Shown piece after piece: positions 1 through 7,473 of a stretch of 13,999 bases of DNA. The notes under the pieces are model-generated. The model was not told where the DNA came from. It worked only from the letters and a program-made list of their open reading frames with translations, and ran no database searches. The DNA is from Candidatus Thorarchaeota archaeon SMTZ1-45 (GTDB lineage: Archaea > Asgardarchaeota > Thorarchaeia > Thorarchaeales > Thorarchaeaceae): contig LRSL01000085.1 of the NCBI GenBank assembly GCA_001563335.1, positions 1-13,999 on the forward strand, read 5' to 3'. A program made the position numbers and the translations under genes. Positions within the stretch are counted from its first letter, which is position 1. Each line of letters starts with the position of its first letter.

Positions 1-110
1 CAGAGAGTCACTCAAGTGGACATGCACGTGTGGCTACATGGGGCATCATAATCGGATTTGTGATCATGATGACACTTGACAATGTCTTCCATTTTCTCTT
101 TGGCGGTTGA
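1..110 (+). CDS. ZIP family (ZupT/GufA-like) metal transporter, C-terminal fragment (5'-truncated by window edge)
   Basis: Not in the ORF track. The frame from nt 3 reads ESHSSGHARVATWGIIIGFVIMMTLDNVFHFLFGG* (TGA 108-110), matching the typical ZIP C-terminus 'PE(S/A)H..G....AT.G...GF..MM.LD'. Confidence 0.75.
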   Translation, partial: ESHSSGHARVATWGIIIGFVIMMTLDNVFHFLFGG

Positions 111-284
111 TTGAGGAATTAGAGCGGCCGTCCTATGAAGCTCCCAAGATTTTTGAAAACCTCAGCTTGATAAATTAATCTTCATTTTTCGATGAAAGGA
201 AAATTTAATACATAGCTCAATTATTCATATGAGATTAATAATATCAGTCCATCTACAGTCAAGGCTGATATCTTATCGCGGGAT

Positions 285-1469
285 ATGATTGTCTTGATAA
301 AAGGAAGAGGAAAATCGCTGATTATCTTAGTCATTATTGGGCTTTTCGGATTCATGCCTAATGTACATCCGGACAGCTCTGTGCAAAATGTGTCTACGAG
401 TGCTCCCGATTATTGGCCAACGACTGGATGGCTCACTTCGACACCTGAAGAACAGGGAATGAACTCCAGTCTTCTTGATGAGTTTGTGGATGCGATAGAA
501 GATGTTTCTTTGCCGTTGCTTTCCTATCTTGTAATTAGAAATGGATACATTATCCTTGAAGGCTATCCAGATCCAGACTACAATGAGAGCACGCTAAAAC
601 ATGTCTGGTCGGTCACAAAAAGTTTCACGTCTGCTCTTGTAGGAATGGCACTTGGGGCGGGAGATCTCACAAGTCTTGATGAGTTGGTTGTCGATTTCTT
701 CCCTGATAAAACAATAGCTAATCTCGATGAGGACAAGCAATCCATAACAGTGGAGCATTTGCTTACAATGACAGCTGGATTCGAATGGTCCAGCGCCACC
801 GACCCTTCCGACATGATGGATAGTCCTGATTGGATTCAATATGTGTTGGATAAACCAATGGCAGATGTACCAGGTGAAACGTTTAACTACAACAGTGGAG
901 CCTCTCATCTTCTGTCCGCAATCGTCAACCGTACAACAGGAATTCCAACTCAGTCATATGCAGATACTTACTTGTTTCAACCACTTGGCATCTCAGATTA
1001 TGAATGGATAATTGACCCTCAAGGGGTTGCTTCTGGACACGCCGGTCTAAATATAACGCCCAGAGACATGGCGAAGTTTGGATTCCTCTATCTCAACAAT
1101 GGTACATGGGATGGCGAGCAGATTGTGCCTTCGACGTGGGTTTCCGCATCCACACAAGTGCAGGCTCCTGATGAGGACTATGGTTTTCAATGGTGGATAG
1201 ACCCAGAAAGAGATGCCTATTATGCATTTGGAAGAGATGGTCAGTATATTTGGGTACAACCTAAGAACGACTTGATTGTAGTGTTCACTGCTAGCGAGGG
1301 AATGTATTTGTCGTTGATTCCGTGGTACATTATTCCGGCTATACTTTCAACTCCAACACCGACGACTCCAATTTCACCCCCGCCAATAGATATGCGGATA
1401 ATAGGTCTAGTTGCGGGTGCAGCCGTTATTGTCGTTATCGTTCTTGAAGTATTCCGACGGCGAAGGTAG
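285..1469 (+). CDS. Secreted, membrane-anchored serine hydrolase, beta-lactamase class C / NylB-like family
   Basis: Catalytic SxxK (WSVTKS), YxN-like motif (FNYNSG), plus 'HLLTMTAG', 'RDMAKFGFLYLNNGTWDGEQIV' and 'YGFQWW' family motifs. Has an N-terminal hydrophobic signal, a Pro/Thr linker, a C-terminal TM helix and an RRRR tail. Confidence 0.9.
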   Translation: MIVLIKGRGKSLIILVIIGLFGFMPNVHPDSSVQNVSTSAPDYWPTTGWLTSTPEEQGMNSSLLDEFVDAIEDVSLPLLSYLVIRNGYIILEGYPDPDYNESTLKHVWSVTKSFTSALVGMALGAGDLTSLDELVVDFFPDKTIANLDEDKQSITVEHLLTMTAGFEWSSATDPSDMMDSPDWIQYVLDKPMADVPGETFNYNSGASHLLSAIVNRTTGIPTQSYADTYLFQPLGISDYEWIIDPQGVASGHAGLNITPRDMAKFGFLYLNNGTWDGEQIVPSTWVSASTQVQAPDEDYGFQWWIDPERDAYYAFGRDGQYIWVQPKNDLIVVFTASEGMYLSLIPWYIIPAILSTPTPTTPISPPPIDMRIIGLVAGAAVIVVIVLEVFRRRR

Positions 1470-1515
1470 TTGGATACAGTTGGGACTTGGGTGGTTACAA
1501 ACAGCAATGTTACTA

Positions 1516-1538
1516 TTCGAATCCGAGGGGTGACCCCA
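1516..1538 (+). other. Orphan tRNA 3'-end fragment (positions 54-76 including CCA), att-like remnant, possibly tRNA-His type
   Basis: TTCGAAT-CCGAG-GGGTGAC-C-CCA has exact T-loop / T-stem / acceptor / discriminator / CCA spacing (7+5+7+1+3). There is no matching 5' T-stem strand upstream. Confidence 0.5.
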
Positions 1539-1544
1539 GTACAT

Positions 1545-1565
1545 GCCGCCGTGGCTCAGTAGGTA
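1545..1565 (+). repeat. Exact 21-bp copy of the 5' end of tRNA-Asn (inverted repeat with 12934-12954)
   Basis: GCCGCCGTGGCTCAGTAGGTA equals tRNA positions 1-21 and is the exact reverse complement of 12934-12954. Confidence 0.92.
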
Positions 1566-1783
1566 CTCGTGTTTGAGAAAATAATCTCTTCATAATATTC
1601 CCGCTGCTGCTAATGTTAACTCAGGAAAAGGTGTGGAAGTGTTAGAGTTAATAAACAACCTCTGTTATATCCTCTGGAGTGTTGCGAGGGAGATTGAAAG
1701 AAGCATCATGACATTGACTTCTGGATTTTAACTAGCATGAACTACCTCGACCGCGTTCGTCGCAGCGGAGGAGAGTAGAGTTC

Positions 1784-4036
1784 ATGCCAAGGAAGAGTGG
1801 AGTCTTCTATGTTGTCTTGTCACTGGTATTCATCTTGGTGATAGGAATTGTCACGGCAGCCACTGATTCAGATGATAGTTACCAACTAACCCCAGTGAAT
1901 GTTTCAGAAATTGAGAAAGTGGATGTTACTGTAGCTAGTATGCCTCATGCCCCTATAGTCATTGATGGCGATGCAAACTTTACAGCAATAGCCTCAGCAG
2001 AGGGATGGGATGGTATTGGTTCTCCCAGTGACCCTTTTATAATAGAGAATCTAGATATTGACCTTGGCGGGAGCGAAGGCACCTGTATATTGATTAATAA
2101 CACACGGTCCCATTTCGTCATTCGTAACTGTGAAGTCCAAGCAGCAGACATCTATTTGACTGTAGGAATTCAGCTAGAGAACGTGACAGATGGGATCATA
2201 ATAAACAACCACATTCATGACAACACCCACGGAATTTTCGTTCACAGTGGGAGCACTAGAGTCACTATCTCCAGCAACAATATCTCCGATAATGTCTATC
2301 AAGGAATCCGCATTGATGTAAGCTCTACCTATGTCACAGTGGTAAACAATAACTGCTTGAATAATCAGTTGGGTGTCTACGTGTCATACTCAAACTACGT
2401 AATTATCGTCAATAACACCTTCAATAGAAACAAGGATCATGGAATCGTTGTAGCCTGGTCCCACAATAATACTATCAAAAATAATACCTGTGATGAGAAT
2501 CTTGATGAAGGAATATATCTCCATGAATCGTCTTCTAACACATTAACTAATAACATATGCACTAACAACCGATATGGCATTTACATCTATCTCTCAAATT
2601 CTAACAAAATATCAGAAAACATCTGCACTAGCAACAGTATTGGCATATATCTCACTCAATCAGATTCCAACACATTGGAAGACAACATCTGCGCTAGTAA
2701 CAGTAGCGACGGCATCTTTCTCTACGTATCGAGCTCCAATATGATAGCTAACAATACCTGCACTAGCAACAGATATGGCATCTGGATTCGCTATCATTCC
2801 AATTTCAATACTTTTGTCAATAACATATGTAACAACAACGATGTAGGCATTTATATCCACACAAATTCTGACAGCCATGAACTCCATTGGAATGTCTTAG
2901 CAGATAACAATCTTGATGGAAGAGATGATACAGGAACTAGTGATTTCAGTTACAATTACTGGTCAGATTATTCGGGAACTGACACAAATGGTGACGGTAT
3001 TGGTGATACTCCCTATGCATTTACAGGGAATTCTGATTTTTATCCATTGATGTATCAATCCAATCTTAGATGGATTAAGCCGCCAATGGACCAATCTATT
3101 GAGTTTGAGTATCTATTCCAATATGATATGGTCCTTGTCCAACATGGACCACTTGGACCACTTACATGGTCTATTAGCGACTCTATACATTTCAGTTGCA
3201 ATCAGGGTGTAGTTGAATCGAACACAATTCTGCCCAAAGGTGATTACGCATTGGAAGTGGATGTCACAAACTTCTACGGGTGTAGTCTCAGAGCAGCATT
3301 TACTGTCAGAGTTACAGTTGATGCCAGTAATCCGCCTGGATGGCTGACAATCCCCATTGATCAAGTGATAGTATATGGTGAAATGTTTGACTATCAGGTC
3401 ATGGTTGTGGACCCCTCAGGTATTGATCACTGGGAACTCAATGACACAGCTCATTTCGCCATTACTGAGAGTTATTACGTAGAAGGGAGTACAGCTCGTA
3501 TTACAAGCAGCTCAGACTTAGCAATAGGCCAATATGTATTAATCATAGATGTCTTTGATACATATGGCAATATGCTCTCGACTATCATCACCATAACTGT
3601 GGAGCCATCTGAACTAGACACCATACCACCTGAATGGGTGACCCTTCGTATTTACCAGACTATTGAAGTTGGTGAACCATTACAGATGCAACTTGAGGCT
3701 TGGGATTACGAGGGTATAGATCACTGGTGGCTCAATGACACAACACACTTCATGCTAGATGGACAGGGCGTCATCAGGAATGCTACAGTCCTCAATCCAG
3801 GCATTTACAGACTTGAGGTGAGAGCATACGATCCATATGATAACTATTGTTCTGCTGGCCTGGTCGTGACAGTTCTCGAAGCTCCAATGACCAAATCAAC
3901 AACCTCCACCACAACACCACCAACCATTAGTGCCATTCTTGAAGAAGTAGATTCAGTGATGATGCTTGTTCTGGGAGCAGGAATCGGAGGTGTTTCAGTG
4001 GTCGTCGTTGTACTAGTAATCCTAAGGAAGAAATAG
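1784..4036 (+). CDS. Surface protein with NosD/CASH right-handed parallel beta-helix, three Ig-like stalk modules and C-terminal TM anchor
   Basis: Signal peptide; 'HAPIVIDGDANF...GWDGIGSPSDPFIIENLDID' leader; ~22-aa GI(Y/F)L..S..N.I.NN.C..N repeats; 'NYWSDYSGTDTNGDGIGDTPY' NosD cap; three P.W...DQ modules; Thr-rich linker; TM helix plus RKK. GGAGG lies upstream. Confidence 0.88.
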   Translation: MPRKSGVFYVVLSLVFILVIGIVTAATDSDDSYQLTPVNVSEIEKVDVTVASMPHAPIVIDGDANFTAIASAEGWDGIGSPSDPFIIENLDIDLGGSEGTCILINNTRSHFVIRNCEVQAADIYLTVGIQLENVTDGIIINNHIHDNTHGIFVHSGSTRVTISSNNISDNVYQGIRIDVSSTYVTVVNNNCLNNQLGVYVSYSNYVIIVNNTFNRNKDHGIVVAWSHNNTIKNNTCDENLDEGIYLHESSSNTLTNNICTNNRYGIYIYLSNSNKISENICTSNSIGIYLTQSDSNTLEDNICASNSSDGIFLYVSSSNMIANNTCTSNRYGIWIRYHSNFNTFVNNICNNNDVGIYIHTNSDSHELHWNVLADNNLDGRDDTGTSDFSYNYWSDYSGTDTNGDGIGDTPYAFTGNSDFYPLMYQSNLRWIKPPMDQSIEFEYLFQYDMVLVQHGPLGPLTWSISDSIHFSCNQGVVESNTILPKGDYALEVDVTNFYGCSLRAAFTVRVTVDASNPPGWLTIPIDQVIVYGEMFDYQVMVVDPSGIDHWELNDTAHFAITESYYVEGSTARITSSSDLAIGQYVLIIDVFDTYGNMLSTIITITVEPSELDTIPPEWVTLRIYQTIEVGEPLQMQLEAWDYEGIDHWWLNDTTHFMLDGQGVIRNATVLNPGIYRLEVRAYDPYDNYCSAGLVVTVLEAPMTKSTTSTTTPPTISAILEEVDSVMMLVLGAGIGGVSVVVVVLVILRKK
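2340..2860 (+). repeat. Intragenic ~66-69 bp degenerate tandem repeats encoding beta-helix rungs
   Basis: Recurring aacat(a/c)tgc(a/g)cta(a/g)(c/t)aac...ggcat units near 2552, 2618, 2684 and 2753, with weaker copies on either side. Confidence 0.75.
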
Positions 4037-4076
4037 TGAGAAACGAGAAGCCATCCTAAAGAAGTATCCATTTGGA

Positions 4077-4562
4077 TTAACAAACAAAGGAGCGATAGTA
4101 TAACGAGTGTTGCAAGAACTTGATTTTGGAAACCTCGAGAAACTTTTGAACAGAATATTTGTAATATCGTGAAGACTCGTTGTCAATGGTTGTGAGCAGT
4201 GAGGGTTCTGGTTGGCTTCTAGCTTTTCTTCCTCCATTGAAGACTAACAGCCCTGGTAAAATACCACTCATCAACATCCCGATAATCCCTGTGACCGATA
4301 TCGCCTTTTGGAATCTGCCAGGATTGGTCGCAAGGATGAACCAGAGAAGCAGCAGAATCAACCCAATTAAGGCACCAAGAAAGAGGTAGGATGTTATTCC
4401 TCCCAACAGGGGGAGACTGGGGTCGTTGGGGTCGAGATTCATCCTAATCCCGTAGTCCAGCATGAAAATAATACCCAAGAGAGTTCGAAAGCTGCCGACG
4501 AAAAATTGAAGAACTGCCCCAGCAAGCACCCATTTACGAGCAGCTCCGGATCCCGCCATCAT
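4077..4562 (-). CDS. Small multi-pass membrane protein (3-4 TM, DUF4064-like)
   Basis: Hydrophobic helices ending in 'GILPGLLVFNGG'. A perfect GGAGGTGA RBS at 4566-4573 (minus) favours ATG 4562 or 4559 over TTG 4565. The family assignment is tentative. Confidence 0.7.
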   Translation of the reverse strand: MMAGSGAARKWVLAGAVLQFFVGSFRTLLGIIFMLDYGIRMNLDPNDPSLPLLGGITSYLFLGALIGLILLLLWFILATNPGRFQKAISVTGIIGMLMSGILPGLLVFNGGRKARSQPEPSLLTTIDNESSRYYKYSVQKFLEVSKIKFLQHSLYYRSFVC

Positions 4563-4629
4563 CAATCACCTCCAAGTATTGCTAAGGCTCTTTGACACCT
4601 TAGCTTAGATTATTATTATATCAAAGTTG

Positions 4630-4638
4630 AATATTAAG
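4630..4638 (-). promoter_or_regulatory. Candidate TATA box for the minus-strand membrane protein gene
   Basis: CTTAATATT on the minus strand, the same 9-mer found upstream of the tRNA-Asn gene (12979-12987). Confidence 0.4.
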
Positions 4639-4675
4639 GTTGAGTGCAGAATAGCATATATGAAAAGCTAATATA

Positions 4676-4691
4676 TTATTCATATGAATAA
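4676..4691. promoter_or_regulatory. Perfect 16-bp palindrome, candidate transcription-factor operator
   Basis: TTATTCATATGAATAA is self-complementary and lies between divergent promoters. ATTATTCATATGA (4675-4687) recurs at 220-232. Confidence 0.5.
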
Positions 4692-4716
4692 CTAAATAAT
4701 AAATTGAATGATATTG

Positions 4717-4727
4717 TTTATATAAAA
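4717..4727 (+). promoter_or_regulatory. Candidate TATA box for the LVIVD-repeat gene
   Basis: TTTATATAAAA matches the archaeal TTTAWAWA consensus in an AT-rich intergenic region. Confidence 0.5.
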
Positions 4728-4886
4728 CCTAATCAATTACTAATCGAAAGAAGCAGACTTGCGGTTTCGGGAGTGCCTTCAAAATCATTTAATCGAAAGA
4801 TGACTTGAGCATCAAATTACGTGTTTTTTCAGTTTGCTTCATTCAGTTATTCACAATTGTAGATAATATGGAGGAACAATTTAATC

Positions 4887-7178
4887 ATGAGGGAGAGCAA
4901 ATCAAATAGAGAGATTTTGCAGTTCAGGGCACTATTGCTCGTAGTCCTAATGACATTAATGATGTTTTGGACTGCACCACCGACAGCAGCCACAACCTAT
5001 CTCTACTATGAAGACTTTACAACAACAGCCTATATGGACACTACGAACTCAAATGTTACAGGCTGGGGCAAATATGATATTAAATTGCCTGGGGGAATGC
5101 CTTATGTAAGTGGTTTGTCTGGCGGGTATGTTGGATTCCAAGCTGTTGGGGACCTAGTCTATTGTGCAGATTTCTACTCAGGAACCCTCGATATAGTCAA
5201 TGTCAGTAATCCTCTTAACCCGTATATTATAGGGTATGTCAACGTTGGAGGACATCCTGTGAAAGTGGATGTTGACGGCGATTATGCATACGTTGCAGCG
5301 CTTGAAGAAGGACTCAAAGTCGTTGATGTCAGTAATAAAAGTAATCCGATAAAGGTGGGTGACACCTATCCAACTTACACTATTCCAGCCCATGATCTTG
5401 CAGTATCAGGCAACTATGTCTATATTGCGGGTCCGGAGCCCGGAGGTCTTATTACCATTGATGTGAGTGTAAAATCCAATCCTACTGCTGTTGACTACTA
5501 CTTAGGGGTAAGTCTTGCACGAATTGCAGTATCTGGTGGGTATGTTTACAGCGCTGGTTCCCCGACCCTACGCATTTTTGATTTGAGTGCACCAAACAAT
5601 CCCACCCCGCGCGGCTCCTGTACTTTAGCGGGTTCGGTGTCTGGGGGTATCGCAATTAGTGGAGGGTATGCATTCCTCGCGACTGAGGGCGGATTCCAAG
5701 TATCAGACATTACCAATCCTGATTCGCCCTCCATTGTTACTACCCATCCGTTAAGCGGAGAGGCACGAGCAGTAGCTGTCCAAGGAAACTATTCCTATGT
5801 GTGGAATAATGACTACGGTCTTGTAGCCTATAATATCACAATACCTACCAATCCCACTGTTGCTGGTGTTGGACCAGCAGGTTGGAATTATGCGACTTGG
5901 AACGGTATGGATGTTTGGGGTGATTTTGCGTATCTTGGTAATCGGGCGTCGTTACAAATTTGGAACATCTCCGATCCTCAGGTCTACGGATACCTTGGAG
6001 TTGGCCAATCCACTACCATTGATTCGTTTCCGAGTACCACCACAATTGTTCAGGCAACTCTGAACTCCACTTACATTCAACCTTCAGGCACCTCAATCGA
6101 TTTCTACCTATCAGCCGATAATGGATTACACTGGGAACAGGTCAATCTAGGAGTGGCACATGACTTCTCCGATCCAGGTCAAGACCTCAAATGGCGGGCA
6201 ATTCTCTCAACAACTGATAATCTCACAACACCAGAGATTGACACCTTAAGTATTTCATACAAGACCATTCTACAGTCACCCTCGCTCCTAGAACCCAGTG
6301 ATGCAGTATTGCTGCCTACTGCCACCCCCACATTGCACTGGGAGATAGTTCCTGGGACTGTGGAATATGTCATTGAGTTCGATACAGTATCGACATTTGA
6401 CTCACTGAATAAGTGGTCTGACACGACAACTCTGCTTAATTACACACCCTTGGCCCCATTGGCTGAAACGACATGGTACTGGCGAGTGGCTGCAAACGAT
6501 TCAGGTGGTGATCTGAGCGAGTTCTCCACTATCCGTAGTTTCACCATAGACATCTCTCCACCCACATGGGACCAGGCACCGACGAATCAGCTTGTCGAAT
6601 ACGGAGATGTCTTTTCATATGACTTAGATGCCTCTGATCCATCGGGCATCGACAGTTGGTGGCTTAATGATACAACGCACTTCTCAATAGATGGTTTTGG
6701 TGTAATTACAGACACGACAACATTGTCAGTGGGTGATTATGGGCTACAAGTATGGGTCAATGACTCACTCAATCACATCCTCACCACCACATTATCGATA
6801 AGTGTTCAAGATACAATCGACCCTGTATGGATTCAAACACCCACGGACCAGAGTCTTGAATATAACGAGTCCTTGGATTATCAATTACAGGCTAGTGATT
6901 TGTCAGGTATCGATCATTGGTGGTTAAATGACACAACGAATTTTGCCATATCGAGCGCAGGACGAATAACCAACAGTACGACATTGCTACCTGGAACCTA
7001 CGGAATAGAGGTCAGAGTCTACGATCCCTATAACAACTACTGCGTCGCTACATTTGTAGTCACTGTGGGAGAACTTCCAGCACAACCAGGTCCTCCATGG
7101 GTCTTTCTTACGATAGCAGCGATTAGCATCATTGGTGTCCTCGCGGTAGGGGTCTATATCGTGATGCAGAAAAGGTAG
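4887..7178 (+). CDS. Surface protein with LVIVD repeats (probable beta-propeller), FN3/Ig-like domain, two 'WWLNDT' stalk modules and C-terminal TM anchor
   Basis: Signal peptide; about six repeats of type 'V.V.GDYAYVA...GLKVVDVSN.SNP'; 'TWYWRVAANDSGG..SEFS' FN3-like strand; two 87-aa modules (starting 6549 and 6810); TM helix plus QKR. GGAGG RBS upstream. Confidence 0.88.
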   Translation: MRESKSNREILQFRALLLVVLMTLMMFWTAPPTAATTYLYYEDFTTTAYMDTTNSNVTGWGKYDIKLPGGMPYVSGLSGGYVGFQAVGDLVYCADFYSGTLDIVNVSNPLNPYIIGYVNVGGHPVKVDVDGDYAYVAALEEGLKVVDVSNKSNPIKVGDTYPTYTIPAHDLAVSGNYVYIAGPEPGGLITIDVSVKSNPTAVDYYLGVSLARIAVSGGYVYSAGSPTLRIFDLSAPNNPTPRGSCTLAGSVSGGIAISGGYAFLATEGGFQVSDITNPDSPSIVTTHPLSGEARAVAVQGNYSYVWNNDYGLVAYNITIPTNPTVAGVGPAGWNYATWNGMDVWGDFAYLGNRASLQIWNISDPQVYGYLGVGQSTTIDSFPSTTTIVQATLNSTYIQPSGTSIDFYLSADNGLHWEQVNLGVAHDFSDPGQDLKWRAILSTTDNLTTPEIDTLSISYKTILQSPSLLEPSDAVLLPTATPTLHWEIVPGTVEYVIEFDTVSTFDSLNKWSDTTTLLNYTPLAPLAETTWYWRVAANDSGGDLSEFSTIRSFTIDISPPTWDQAPTNQLVEYGDVFSYDLDASDPSGIDSWWLNDTTHFSIDGFGVITDTTTLSVGDYGLQVWVNDSLNHILTTTLSISVQDTIDPVWIQTPTDQSLEYNESLDYQLQASDLSGIDHWWLNDTTNFAISSAGRITNSTTLLPGTYGIEVRVYDPYNNYCVATFVVTVGELPAQPGPPWVFLTIAAISIIGVLAVGVYIVMQKR

Positions 7179-7211
7179 GAACCCTAAAAATGGGTTCCCT
7201 CTTCTTTTTTT
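7178..7211 (+). terminator. Hairpin plus U-tract terminator
   Basis: GGAACCC-TAAAAAT-GGGTTCC (7178-7198) followed by CTCTTCTTTTTTT, directly at the stop codon. Confidence 0.7.
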
Positions 7212-7473
7212 ATAACATTACTTCATTTTTGTAAGCCTTAATCATTGGAAAAGACCAGTTTGAATTGCATAAATGGACCCTACAATTGGTAAAAGGGGTT
7301 CTATAATTCCTTAAAATAACGCTATTCCCTTAAGAAGCCCAATAATCCAATCGCACAGGTTATGGTCCCGAATCTCAATCATATAGAAGACAGAATTCAA
7401 TCTCACTATCTCTACAAAGGGTTTTGGATATATTTTCACTTTTCTTGGACACAGTCTGAAGAAGGTAGAGGTC

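Noticed and set aside
1516-1640. Complete permuted or intron-containing tRNA gene at the fragment site
   Set aside because: No D-stem 3' strand (GAGC), anticodon arm or T-stem 5' strand can be found nearby, and the acceptor strands mismatch. Kept only as fragments.
578-6424. Numerous 60-105 aa alternative-frame or antisense ORFs inside the large surface-protein genes
   Set aside because: All overlap well-supported longer CDSs and lack RBS or motifs.
7275-7301. Second hairpin GGACCCT...GGGGTTC resembling the terminator
   Set aside because: Weak stem with two G-U pairs, a long loop and no U-tract.
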